Source: Spironucleus salmonicida
Lineage: Eukaryota
Length of the DNA stretch: 64,000 nt
Direction: 5' to 3'
NCBI RefSeq assembly: GCF_000497125.1
Contig: NC_090601.1
Location: 1,488,001-1,552,000, forward strand
Each line of letters begins with the position of its first letter. Position 1 is the first letter of the stretch. Position numbers and translations under genes: made by a program. A model generated the notes under the pieces. That model did no database searches, had not been told where the DNA came from, and saw only the letters and a program-made list of their open reading frames with translations. This document shows positions 36,707 to 50,659 of this stretch, piece by piece.

Positions 36707-39700
36707 TCATTGAAAATTCGATTTTGCCCCTGGTCTTTATGAACCAAATTTTTATGTCTAACCCACAGGTCCTCGTCTGAAATTAGTTTAGTTAGTGTTA
36801 ATAGTGCGAACTAAGCTCATTCCCACCAGTGAATAAAAATGTCGAGTAACCTTATCAGTAACAACCATCATACCTTTAAGTCCTCTTTCATGCCCTTTTA
36901 GTGTTTTTAAAACTTCTTAATGATTATATCTCATATATGATTTATCATAAATTTTCTTTATCTCATCGCGCTTCTTTTAAAGTTATTATAATACAAGGGC
37001 TGAATTATCGGTCTCTACAGGATTAATTCCTAAGGGTAACAAAATTTTATTAACTATTTTTAGTTTCTAATCAATGTCTTTGCTAGGTTTAGGAATAAAT
37101 ACTTCTTTACCAGTGGCATCATATCCTACTGTAACTGAATCATAAAGTTAGGCTACTTATTTTAAAGTTCTTCTCTATACTCCCTAATTAATATTCTACT
37201 CAGATGGTCTTGCTAATGGAATTTAATTATCTTTCTAGTCATTTGACACTTTTGTGTTAAATAGTATATTTTTGGACTTCTTTGTATTAGAATTATAAAA
37301 ATCAGAAACTGACGGCCTTTCTGTATCACTATTTCCTGCTTCTATTGCTTCAAAGTTTAAATCTGACTAATTAATATTAGATCCTTAAATATTCTAGTCA
37401 TTCTCCTCTGTATTAGATATGCCTGTAAATTAAACATTACTTTGACAATGTGGGCATATTATAGTCGCCGGAGTAGCAATCAAATCATTGGAAGTTAATT
37501 TTGGCGTATTGGTAATTCTTTAGGTATGTCCTTGGGTTATAGAAGTTCTTGTACCATTCACAGATAATTTTTCCGGTTTGATCTTATCCACAAGAATTCC
37601 ATTGCTTGACTTCAAAATGTTACTGTTTACTAAGGCTGGCAAATCTGAAGTAAAATTGACTTCTTAATCGCCCTTAATTTATTAACATTGCGTTTACTTA
37701 TCTTGCTATAATAGAAATCTCTTAATTTCACTTTCAACTTAGTCAATTATTTACAAATCCTAATGTGCTAGCTATTTTAAAGTATCATTAAAATTAGATA
37801 CTAAACCTTATTGCTTCTGCATTATTTATTAAATTTCCTCTTCGCTTAGCTGATTGCTGGTTTAAATATTAACAAATTTTGCATTCTCTGCTTCTATTTG
37901 ATCTTTGATTCTGAATAGTAATTTACGTGTAGGCGATTCTGTTGGAGTAATTAGAATATCTTATTAGGTTTGATTACCCTATTCAGCACAATCACGAATA
38001 TTAGCATGCATAAGGTTTCTGTCATTAGAGAAATTTTCATCATATGCATTATTCTAATTATTACTATCAGTATGACTATTCATATTATCAATATAAATAT
38101 TATTATTACTATTACATTTATCATTGTAATTATTAGTAGAAAGCTCTTTAGTAGTCCCTATATTAAGATCGGAAATTAATCCTTCTTACACGTCAATCAC
38201 TTTCTAATGATTATTAGAAAATTCAATCTCCTAACCATTAATTTGTTATTTATTATCTTACATAATTTAATTTTTAAGTTACTAAATCTCATTTTTAAGT
38301 TTCGTCTCAGTTAATTTTTATTCTTTTTTAGCTACTTCTAATTATTTTTAAGCGAATTAATAGGCCTCAAATTTCTCATCCATTTATCCTAAAAGAAAAT
38401 TAACCTCATCCTGAATTTCTTATGGAAAACCTTCCAACAAACTAACAAATTTTTATTTCAATTCTGCGTTTTTAAGAGGTTTTTAAACCTTTTCTTTTGA
38501 TTTTGAAACAGATTTTTTGAGGTTTTTAGAAGGTTTTGATATAGGTGTCTTTTCATCATTTTAAATTGCATTTTGCTCATCTCTTAAATTACTTTCATTC
38601 TCTGAATTATTAGCCTCTGGAACTGAAATTTCGGTTTTTTCTGATGGAACCTCTGAGTTAATCTCTTAATTTTGACCATTTTTACTATATTTAAACTTTT
38701 CAAGTAACAACGCACAAGTATCATTTCCATCTGCTTTAAGACCTGTGATTTCCCTAAAGGCTTCTGATTCAACATTTTTTATATGTTGCTGAGCCTTTAA
38801 TGCATTTGACTTCTGGTCTTCCTAAAGTTGATGTAATTTATTTTTTATATCATCTTGTTTCTTTTGCTTTTAGTTTGGCTAAGATTTATCAGATATCTTT
38901 GCTGGTTTTTCAGAAGCTAATGCAGAGGTTAATTAAACATTTAAATTCGTGAGTTCAAGCTTGTACTATTCATTTTGTTATACAATAGAAATTGATTTTC
39001 TCTCTAATTCTTCAAACTTTGTTTAAAATGTAGTAGATTTTTATTTAAAAAGCGCCGCATTTTTAGAAGTTTCTTCTATTTTTTCTTCTAGTTCACCTAT
39101 TGTGATATTTTATGTTTCTACTAATTATGTTAGTTCTTGTACTTCTTTTTATGTTTTAGAGGAGTTCAATTTGTCTTTGCCTTTAGATAAAATTTCAAAC
39201 TTCTTTATGTCTTTTGACGATTCAATAAGTTGTTCGCTAAGCTCTTTTTTTACAGTCTAAACATCAAAAAGTTAGTTCTCTAATTAGTTATAATCCGCAA
39301 CTTTTTCTGTTAATTTTTCTGTTAAAGAATCATAGGATTCTTTCATTGCGCTGTAGTCAGTAAGTTAATATTCTAGCTATGATATAGATCGGAATTAAAT
39401 TTCTTGCTTTTACGACAATTCGAGAACTTGTCTCTGTAAAATGACTGCTTTTCGTACAGCTTCATCTTTTTCTACTAACATCTTTTCGTTTTAATTAGTA
39501 AGCTAAATTGTACCTGTAAATAATTATGTATCCGTATCTTATCCAAAATCTGGTTTATAGCGATCTGAAGTTTGCTTCTTATTAAACAATTATTCTAACA
39601 AAAACTAAATTTATGACATATATTTTTATTTCTCCTTACCTTTATCCATTGTGATATCAGTTAATACATGTTAAAGCTATTCTTCTATCTAATTTTATGA

Positions 39701-40042
39701 ATGGTAAAGGCGTTCATATTATTCAGTCTAATTTTTGTAATATTCAACTTTACTATTTAATTCCTCAAAACCTTCTTACAAGATACCATCCATAACGTGA
39801 GTAGATTTTAAAAAAGGAACTTTCAATAAATAACTTTCTGATGAATCAATAATTTTTTTAAATATAGGCAAAACATTTTTTGGGTTTATATGATCGGTAT
39901 TGACATCACATTATAAATCTTATTCAAATAATACAAACATTTTTCTATTTGAAATCTGTTCGCGCAATTTCTTAAACTGCGAAATAATTTCAGATTAGAC
40001 AACTTATTTCTATTCATTGAACAATTTTTGTTTAAAATCCAT
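36707..40042 (-). CDS. Large coiled-coil protein (1111 aa)
   Basis: ATG 40042 follows TTTCCGCTT and is in frame with TGA 36707. E/K/Q-rich, one CPHC. Confidence 0.7.
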
Positions 40043-40084
40043 TATAAGCGGAAAATTATATATAATTAAATAATATAATAAACA

Positions 40085-40654
40085 TCATTTCCGCCCATTT
40101 ATAATATGTTTTATCTTATCAAGATAAAAATCAGTACTAGGACTAAGAACTTATGGGACTGAGATATTACGTGCTTGTTTTTAATAAGATAGAGGTAGAG
40201 GTACTATTTTTGGGACAACGATTTACTAAGGAAATTGTTCCATTTGATTAAGATTTTTCTCCATTAATTGTCGTTTCATTTCTTATGCAATTTTAATTTT
40301 AAGTCCCAATTCATCAATCTTTAGGTTATCGTCTTATTAGTGCTATTTGTGTAAATTGACCTTATTTTCTAACAAATCAATACAGGAAATAAGAGAATAT
40401 ATCAAATCTGACTTAGTAAGCTCAGAAAGCTTTTTAAAGATTTCATACTTGTTATATTTTTCTGGTTCTTGAATCTAAGAAACCTTTTAAATGGTTTGTA
40501 ATGTACTTTTAGATGTTACTTAAGATATATATTCTTAAGGTATAAGTAATCTAGTAGTTTGTGCTTATAAGATTTCTAGTTTTAGTTACTCTATCTATTC
40601 TTCTTATTTTATAATAACAAATTGCTGCTCATTAACTGACTAACTTATATTCAT
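40085..40654 (-). CDS. Hypothetical coiled-coil protein (189 aa)
   Basis: MNISQSVNEQQF...KHIINGRK*. Confidence 0.7.
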
Positions 40655-40815
40655 TTCTAAAAACAAATTTGTATATTAATTTTTATTGTGTAATAAACTA
40701 TCTTTATATAAATTTAGTAACAAAAGATCATGATAATAAAATATAATAAATATATATACGTTAAATCATTAATATGTAGCATACTATATAATATTAGTAT
40801 AAATAAGTAAATCAA

Positions 40816-43800
40816 ATGGGCAGTTCATCATCATAATTTATTTATTATACACTAGATGCTCCAAAAATTAAGTAATTACCATTTAAATTATAAATATTAT
40901 CTGAACAAGTGTCGAAGTCCCAATTTACCTAAAGTTTTAAAGCAATAAATCCTTTATATTAATAGATACTGTTAGTAAAAGCTATATAATTTCCAGAAAA
41001 AATAGATATCTAAAACTTATTATTTTTAGAAAAATATCACTAATAGTGTATATCATTGCTTAAATTTTCGATTGCATCTCTATTTTCTTTCTAGTAAAAT
41101 ATACTTTATTTATCGCGACCATTTCTACCAAAAACATTTGAAAATATTCGTACAAATCTTAAATTCTATATATACTAAGCATTAAGAGCAGTAAACGAAC
41201 TTCATTAACATGATTTAGTTCATGGTAATATTAAATTGGAAAATTTTTTAGTAACAGATACGCAAGAAGTTTTTCTTGTGGATTCCTTGATATCAAAACC
41301 AGGTACAGTATAAGACGAATTATAACTATAATTTTATTATGGATATGGTGATCCAAATAGAATCTGTAATGATTTTTTCATGTCGTAGAAATAAAATGAT
41401 AACTTTGAATTAGGTTTAGTTATTTATCAACTATGCGGTAAAGTTTTGACACAGTAGGTAATATAAAGTAATATATTTGATTTTGATAATATTGATGATG
41501 ATATTTGTATAATTATTAAAAAACTACTATCTAGATAATGTGTACCTGAAATTGAAGTAAAAATAGATTATCATGTTGAATAGTTATTAAATTTAAGATT
41601 TTATCTACCAAATACTAGGTACGGGGATATTAACATGCTGCTTAGTATTGGAAATACATATATTGGATTAGAAGTCGAAAATGAAGCATTAATTATAATA
41701 ATATTGCATTTACTACATCGACTTAATAATTTCTCAGATATAAATGAATCGGTGGAGAAAAAAGTTTTATCATTTATTGAAATTGTTTTTTCTAGGGTTA
41801 AATGTGATCTTTAGTTATTGATATTGTAAGTTGTATTTTGTTTAGTTGAAAAGCTGGAAGTTAACTAAAATAAGAACTATTTAATATTTTTTACCAATAT
41901 ATTATCCATACTTCCTGAAATTAATGAAGAATTATATTATTATCCTTTCATAATAATATGCAAATTTTTTGTTACGAATGACTTATAATAGGATATAGTT
42001 CAAATTATTAATTCTAAGCTGCGAAATAATAATAAAATAGACATATTAAAATTTATTAAGACGAAAAATATAAATATTTTTGAAAGTTCAATTGACTAAT
42101 TTTATCTAGTTTTATGTTTCACTAAATTGTATAAGTCAGTTATTAAATTATCTCCTAAAGATAATAATTTGCATATGTTTTTGGAAGATTTAATGATAAC
42201 ATATTAGTATTCATTCATGGGACGATTATTATTACTTTGTCATGATAATGTTAAAGATACTGGAATAGCAAATCTACTATCAACATTTTTATTTAATATG
42301 TAAGATTTTACATCTACCTCTTAAATATTAATATCTAGAATTATTATCCTAGTAAATTCACGATAATAAGATATTTCTTCATCATTTTTATTATATGCTT
42401 AAGAATCAGAATAATATAAATATTGTGTTGATTAAATAATTTAAAATTAATGCATGAGTCAATAATTTAATGTTGAATTGCTGAATCTATTTATAAAAAG
42501 AATATAAATGGGCGGTGTGTAGCCTAAGATGTTATATAATTTCTTAGAATTTTTATTTTAACGATTAATCTAGATATTTTTTACTAAATTAGATGGAACA
42601 TTTGTAGTCAGATATTAAACCCTTATATAAATCACCTAAGTCATATAATAATTACTTATTGACGACGAAGATAATTCTCCAGTTTTAATAAATTAATTAT
42701 TATCGAATCTTATTATTGAAAAAGTTATGTCCTAGCTTAAAATTTTATTTAGATAACAACTAGATTTAAATCTTGAATAAGTAACAACTGAAGATCCTCT
42801 AATAGAAGCTAAACTGTTAATTATCTAAAAAAATCTTTTAAAATTACACATTATTTTCTAAATAGTAGATGGAAAATATCATTAATGTATTTTCAAACAA
42901 ATTTTAGAATAACAGCTTAAAAATCATATTTTTATGGAATAACTTTTGATTTTTCTTATTATTAACTCTCATATTATTTTCAATGAGATTTCATAAGCCA
43001 TATAAACCTCGAAAATAAAAGTAATAGATTAAAATATCACATAAATTATTTATATTAAAGATTCCAGACTTGAAGCGAGGTTAACTCCTTTTAAAATAAA
43101 TAAAGTATCTGTTAAATCTTTGGTACATTCATTCTCATTCGAAGAATAAGTTATTGAATAAAAATCAATGTTTGAATTTTTAATGAAAGATTATCAGTGG
43201 ATTTTTTAAAATAGAAGTCTATAGAATTATATTATTACTACATTTTTAAATCATAATATGAGTATGAATCCAGAATCAAAGTTTCTATAGTAATTTTCTT
43301 CTAACGAAAAAATTTAATAATAATTAATTCAATTTGCTATAAATTTTTAATAATAAATATAAGCAAATAATGTTAATGACTTTTATAATTTTAATACAAA
43401 TACTAATTTACCTTTTGCTGAAACTTTTTATAATTTTATCAATAATTCTTCATGCTATACAGTTATAAATAAATTATTAACAAATCCAATAAATGCATAG
43501 ATTTTTACTCCTAACTTGAATAAATTAAACTTTATTTGTTCGTAGCAACTTCCAGTTACATTGATTAAATGTATTACCACAGAAGATAATTTAATCTATA
43601 TAGTTGAAGAAAATAATAATTTCTAAGTATGTCAATTTTTCATTCCTTCAAATATCAATTAAATTATTTTCAATAGGCTACATTATTTATATTAAACTAC
43701 TACTATTAAAATAAACTCCTAATCTACAGAGTTGAATTAATTCTCTCTGAATTTTAAGTAGCTTACTTTAGAATAAATTTTACGGTAGTATCCATTATAC

Positions 43801-44634
43801 GAGTATAAGTTTGATTTTGATATTAGTAATATTCATGTTACTTCGAGCAACATTTATTTATCTAGCACTACCTAAACGTTATAATTATTTATTAACTAAC
43901 ATAGTTTATTATTTTAATCTGCTTAAAATATTTTTTAAAAATAAAATTTTCTTATGTTCTATTCTGAGCAATTTCCGACTTCGATGATCCTTAAAACTGA
44001 CTAAAATTTAGAATTATAAGATAAAGTGTAGCTTTCGTAGTATATAATATCAAAACTACGTAAAACTACAAAAGTTAAGCAACTTAATAAAATAAGATAT
44101 ATAAAAGAACGCGCTTTTGGTGCTGATTAGTCTATTTTTAAGTAAGGTTATTTTTACTCGTGGAGTAAATAAATTATAACATAAGATTATTAAGGATTAA
44201 TTATTAAATAAATGATATTGAAAGAAAAGATTATATATGTTACTTTTATTGAATAAATTATTATTGTCTTAGATTTGAAAGTGTAACTGTATGATTACGA
44301 TTTCGATCTAATTTAGGAGCTACTATTTGATAAGTAAATTAATAGATGCTTTTAAATTGAGTAATAAATATTTATTACTACGAATAATTAGGTTTATATT
44401 ATTTAAAACAATAAATTAATGTCAACGTTAAATTTACATATTATCAATAACATAATTAAATATAATGAATAAATAATATTATGTAATTAGTTCTAGATAT
44501 TTAGTTTTGACCAATTTACTAAAATTGTGTAACCTGTGGTTATTTAATAGGTTTCTCTTATCAAGTTAGTTACTATCTATTAAAAATACTTAGTTATTAT
44601 ATACGAAACTGGATTTATTGAATTTTTAAAGTGA
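40816..44634 (+). CDS. VPS15: Vps15/PIK3R4-like protein (pseudokinase, helical region, beta-rich C-terminus; 1272 aa)
   Basis: MGSSSS myristoylation start, LYLSRPFL, LVHGNIKLENFLVTDTQEVFLVDSLISKP, AAG-TGA end. Confidence 0.78.
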
Positions 44635-45374
44635 AGTATTTTGTTTAATTTGTTCAATTAGTTGTTTAACAATATTACTACAGTTATGTTTCTAAATAAA
44701 TGTCTAGTTTGAATAGATATGTATGTTCTTAAATGAAATGCTGTCAATAACCTATCACTATTTATTATACTTGTTTTCAATACTAGTAATTTTATTTTAT
44801 ATTATTCAGGTAGCTGAGGTTCAAATAGTGCTATTCTAAAAATAACTTTAGTATTATACTATAGAAAACATTGATTTTAAAACTAAAAATATACTCCAGA
44901 ATTCCTATTTTGAAAGGTTTTATTATGAATATAATTTCTTTTTCATTATATTTAATTCTAGATTGCATTTTAGATGATAGTATCACAATAATTAGTAATA
45001 AATATGTATTCATATATCTTTGTTTTTAATCTCTATTGTATTTAGACAATTAATAAGTTATTTATATAACTATATAATAATAGAAATATATTTATTAAAA
45101 ATCAATTATTGATAAATAAAGTCAAAGAAATAATAAAATATTACATAAATATTATACATTATATATTCTATTTTATTCTACAACGTGGTATAATAAATTA
45201 TATATGTTTAATTGATATTATTCTATTAAACGAAGTTACTACTTTATATATATAATGAAATATAATTAATATCTGCATATTTTTTTAAAAAATCCAAACC
45301 ACATATATCTCAAACACAAATAATGTAATATTATAATAAAATCTTCACTATTTACAAAAGTCATTTCAATATAA

Positions 45375-45764
45375 ATGACAAAGCAAAACTATTCCAAGTG
45401 GACTGGCTAAGAAGAGGAAGTTATTAAAGCTGAGATTAACAATCAACTGTATATACTTAATAGGGGCAAATTATCATGGATTTAAATATCTAAAGTTATT
45501 GAAACTAAAACACCCCGCCAATGCTATGATTGGTACCAAATCAGAAAAGATAGATAGTCTGAAAAACCTCATTAGTGGAAAAAAGAAGAGGAAGAGTTAA
45601 TTTTGTAACTTGTTGAATAGAATATATCTATTAAAGAAATATCCACTTATTTCATCAACATGAGTGTCAGCTAAATTAGAAACAAGATCAGATACGTTAA
45701 TGAGATAAAGGATAAGAAAAAGTTAGATGGCTCATTTGGAGTATTTAACGATTTATTTAACTGA
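45375..45764 (+). CDS. Myb-like DNA-binding protein, two repeats (129 aa)
   Basis: KWTGQEEE...SWIQISKVIETKTPRQCYDWY...QWKKEEEELI. Confidence 0.9.
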
Positions 45765-45937
45765 ATAGACATAAATCAGGAAACTTTTTTTTCTTAAACT
45801 AATTATTTTTTTAAGTGACGACTCTATTAATTATATACTTTATTTTATATTTTCATCATATTATCTTTATTTTATGCAATCTACAATATCTAATACTATA
45901 TTCTTATATATCATATAATATTCCTAGCAGACTAACA

Positions 45938-46420
45938 ATGAATCCAAAGTAAAAACTTACTAATCTTTTGCGTGTTCAGAACTCTCAGATCAAAAAAATC
46001 TAAAGCTTTGAATCACAAAAAATAGCACGGTGCTAAATAACTACTGGACATAATATATCATTATCCCCAATTATATAAAAAGCCATCAACACTCATAACT
46101 CTCAGCCTGCACCATACTACCAAAATATTTTCAATATAAATATTCCGCAGGAGTAAATTAGACTTAAAAAATACGTATTCTAGGAAGATTATAAGTATCT
46201 TTTCGCGCTTACGAAAACCCTTGTTTTCAAGGAAATACGTAGACGTTTCACAAAGCTAAAATCAGAGTTCTGCCAAATAGATATTTTCGACGACACATTT
46301 GCTTATTTATTTGAGGCACGGTAAGAAAATAAGAAAGAGTATGGCAACGAATGGTTTGAGCAGGAGCTGCTGCGCGTTCGCAAGATGAAAAATCTAGTAT
46401 GGAGGGCTAAGTTTTAGTGA
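45938..46420 (+). CDS. Hypothetical protein (160 aa)
   Basis: Open code-6 frame ending TAG-TGA. Confidence 0.65.
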
Positions 46421-46602
46421 AAGTAGTTGAAGATGCTGAATTATGTACTTTCGTTTGGGATCTATGGAATTGTGATAGTTTGTTCAGTTAAGGGTTTACT
46501 GAAAGTGTAAATTTGGAGTATTTACCGAATAAAAAGGTAAATTAATGATAATGATTAAAATTAGAGATTATAGTTATTAAACTCGGGTTTAGATTCCAGA
46601 AA

Positions 46603-47619
46603 TCACTCGTTCTGTAACAGACATTCGCAGCATCCATAGAGGCCAATGTTGTCCTGAAGAATAACGCTGATTCTTCTGTTTTTGACAATATGAGAGAGTC
46701 TACCCTTGTCATAAAGACCGTCCATAAACTTTTTGTTGACAAATGCATCCTTGAGAAGATCCATGTTCTTTGCCATGATACCACCAGCAATAAATATTTC
46801 AGATGGCAAGAAGCCAGCACAAAGGTCAGAAATAGAACGACCGTAGAAGTTGAAGAAAATAGCCATGATCTTCTTGAAGGTCTCGTCACCTTTGTTAGCA
46901 TTGATAGCAACGTGAGATGGCTGGTCATCTTCAGAAGCAGGAAGCGAGATTAGCTCAGAAACCATTTTGTCAGAACCACCAGTAACACCAAGATAAGCAT
47001 TAAGCTGGGCTTCGGTTTTACCCATGAAGAACTGGGCAATGCAAGCAATACCATTTCCAGATACGAAACGCTCATAAGATATGTGCTAGGAGTTGTGTTT
47101 TTTCTGCATAAAAGTCACTAATTCATATTCAATAGGGCATGATGGACCAAAACGAAGATGTCCACCTTCACAAGGGAAAACAGTTGTGCCAGCTACGTAA
47201 CCTACACCAAGACCAGTACCTGCACCAAGATATAATTTAACACCCGTATGTAAGGGATTTGGAACAATAATATCGACTGCATCATTGGTGACGAATCTGG
47301 AAATAATCCACCATCCGATTGCCTGGAAGTCGTTAATGAATTTGACAGAGAAGCCCAGAGTAGAAGCAAATTCCTCAGAGTTATACTTGTATGCAGTATT
47401 TTCATTAGTCAATGTACAGTGTTTACCATCAACTGGTCCAGCCATAGCCAAACAGCAAGATTTTATACCTTTGATGCTATGTTTAGAAATAAAATCTTAA
47501 ATAGCAGAAATAAGAGTGGGGTGTTCACGAGTAACATAATACTCAGTATGAATCATATCTTTGCCATTTATAGAAGACAGACGAAGGTTAGTACCACCAA
47601 TATCACCTGTGATATACAT
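46603..47619 (-). CDS. glk: Glucokinase, bacterial Glk family (338 aa)
   Basis: GDIGGTNLRL, AMAGPV, FINDFQA, LGAGTGLGV, CEGGH, ERFVSGNGI, IFIAGGI. Confidence 0.95.
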
Positions 47620-48202
47620 TTTAGTGAAGTGGTTGATTTGATTTACTTATATTACATAATATTATATCGATTTGATAATATTAGTTATTGTCAGTTATTA
47701 ATTAATAATGTTTTGTCAAAATAACGCGATATAATGAAATTATAGAAAAACTCATTATATAATTAAATGGCTTATATGGATTATACTTATACCTACCAAA
47801 TAATATACTTATTTTATTAATATTTAAAGGAGATACTAATTAAAACACCTTGTTTATTTTGTTCATAAATACTAATAAAACATATTAACATAACTTATAA
47901 ACTGTAACTTTTGTCCCACTAATATTATTTGTATTATCTCAAATATATATATGCTTATCCTAATGACACATAATAATAACTGTTTTCTGTTAAGTAATAA
48001 ATATCGATGCAAGATTTACACTGATCAATTTAACCTTTATTAAAAATAGTCAAAGATTAAAGGTTGCAATATTTATAAATAAAATAATATTAAACAACCA
48101 ATCTTAAATACTATAGTTATACTGCAAATTTTCATCCTAAAATAATGAGAACTATTTCATAATATCTAGTAATTGATAAAATGAATTTAAATCAATCAGT
48201 AT

Positions 48203-49048
48203 TCAGTTCATTCGTAAATGGGGCATAAGTCTATCAACAATAAAATTCTCATTGTATTTGTAGTCTCCATGCTCTAAATTTGTTACTTCGAAAACAACTC
48301 TATCTTATTCTACCATTGATCTTAATCCAAAAGTATCTTTTAAATACTCTTCACGTTCGTGGTAAAGTTATACTTCTGAATCTGATCCTTATTTCCAAAC
48401 CCCAAAAAATGTACTTTACCAGGGTTAAATAGTCTCGTCTTAAGGGCCACCAAATAGAACAATTTTATCAACAGACATAAAATTAACTTTTCTTTATTCA
48501 TCATAATCTTTGATATTATCAATTAGTGGCTGAGATTTCGCTTTTTCTGTATAAATTTCTAGTTTGTAGGGATTTCTCCAATATTATGAAGGACCCAGAT
48601 GTGTTTAAACTAAATTTGTATATTCTGCTATCTATACTAATTTTTCTATATAATATGGTAAATAATTACCTTTACATTTAGATTATATACCACAGAAAAA
48701 TCCCCCTTGTGGCCCTGCGAGAGAGATAAATCTTACCATTGGTGAAATTCTATGATTGTAATCTTCTAACAATGCTCTCATTAAGTAACCTCCTTAGCTA
48801 TGACCAACGCCAATATATCCATTTAAAGTTACTGGATACTCACTTATACATTCAGATAAAAGTTTTATTTATTATTACAGGTCCATGAAGATAGAATCTA
48901 TTTTACCTCTACCAATTTCACAATTAATAACAATAACACCAGATATTTCTCTTTCAATAATTCCTTTCATAAACTCCATATTTTAATGATGAGAGTCAAA
49001 TCCATGTATAAGCACTATAGGATACTAAGCCAATATAAATGCAAGCAT
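48203..49048 (-). CDS. Palmitoyl-protein thioesterase, paralog of 6782-7627 (281 aa)
   Basis: PIVLIHGFD, GVGHSQGG, QYWRNPYKL. Same length as the first copy. Confidence 0.93.
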
Positions 49049-49373
49049 TTTGAGAATGAGAAGTAAATTAGACCAATAACTTTTATTATAATTTTATTAA
49101 TATATAAATAATTAAAAACGTATTAATATTGTTGTATTTAAAAATAAATATAATTCCTGAATAACAATACAGGTTCAAGATTTTATTATTTAATCTTTTT
49201 TTATAATTTTGATACTAGTAACTTAAAAAATAATTAGAAACTAATTTAAAAAATACAATTAATGTATATAAGAACACTATTTACAAATAAATCGAGATAA
49301 TAATTTATATTTACATTCCTTAATAGAAAATAATTATTTTGCAATAATATATCGTATTACCCGAATATTAAAA

Positions 49374-50540
49374 ATGCTATAGTAGATGACAATTGACATT
49401 AAACAAACTTATTAGAAAGTTAAATTTAATGCATAATTTTATGAAATAAAAAAACCAACAATTCTCCCATCGCTTCACCTTGCACTGCCCACGAATACAT
49501 AAATAAACGATATTTTTGTAGAAAGGCTTTAAATCATAACAAGTACCGCACTTTTTTATCGGATATAACACTAAAATGCAACTAAAATTATAAAGCTGTT
49601 TAAATAGTCATCAAATGAACAGCTTCTATAAAGAAAGGAAAATGCATTTTTGCTTCTAGTAAGAAAGCTTAATTATGGCCTCATTCCTGCTACTACTACA
49701 ACAACCATACTAGATAGTCAGGTCACCATTTATGAGTAATTTGATTTCTCGCTAGATTAGATTATTTAACTAAAACCCTTATCAATTCAGCATATTAGAA
49801 TAATAGTTCAATAATGTGCCTAGCTCCTAAATTCAGCTAGATAGTTTCGATTTTATTCAGGTTGCTTCACATCAAAAACTATTTTTTTCCAAGCAAATAA
49901 TCCAGCTAGAATGATGTTCCCAAATTTTGAAAAGTCTATCAAACTCCAGGGGGTCGAAAAATTCATCAACTTCTAAGTTCAAAAAACAACCCCATATTTA
50001 ACAGAATAATCTATTAATAAAAATGTGAAATTAGATATTTTAACTCCAGAATGTATTTATTAAACTGCAGCAGTTCCTGCTTTTTCAGATAGTTTCGAGC
50101 TTGGAACATTAATTTATGAGCTCTGGACTGGAAAGTAATTATTTAAAGCTGAAAATGAGTTTATGTTAGTTAAATAATATTTGCAAATATTAGGAATTCC
50201 TGGTGAAAGAGAGATCAAAAGTAAATTTTTCACCTCTTTTGACTATAATTAGTTCATTTTATACAGACGGAAATATGAGTATCTGGGATTCAATGAATAA
50301 TCAGATTATTTACCTGTGAGCGATGTAATACTTCAAAATACTGTGTACGATGGTAAATTATCTGGATATAATTTGTTGAAGCAACTGATGCGAAATGTTT
50401 TTTACTGCAATTGTGAAGGGAACGATTAGGTTGAGGAATTAGCTATTTTAAAACTAGTATGGGGCCTTATTTAAGGTGATGTCAACAAGCGGTATGGATT
50501 AGAAGAGGTTGTAGTTTGGATTTAAGGTAATTTGGTGTGA
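49374..50540 (+). CDS. Yak1/DYRK-like pseudokinase (388 aa)
   Basis: C-lobe TPE...LGTLIYELWTGKQLFKAENEF...ILGIP...DVNKR is retained, but HRD and DFG are absent. Confidence 0.65.
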
Positions 50541-50659
50541 TAAGTGTGATTATTAAACAAATGTATAATATTACGAATTATTAATTTAATCGATGCTATG
50601 GAATACATCAACTAATATAATATAAAATAATCCATAGTAGTTATATAATATTTTGATAA

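Noticed and set aside
40106-40360. Frameshifted plus-strand gene after TTTCCGCCC
   Set aside because: The region is fully explained by the intact minus-strand gene 40085-40654.
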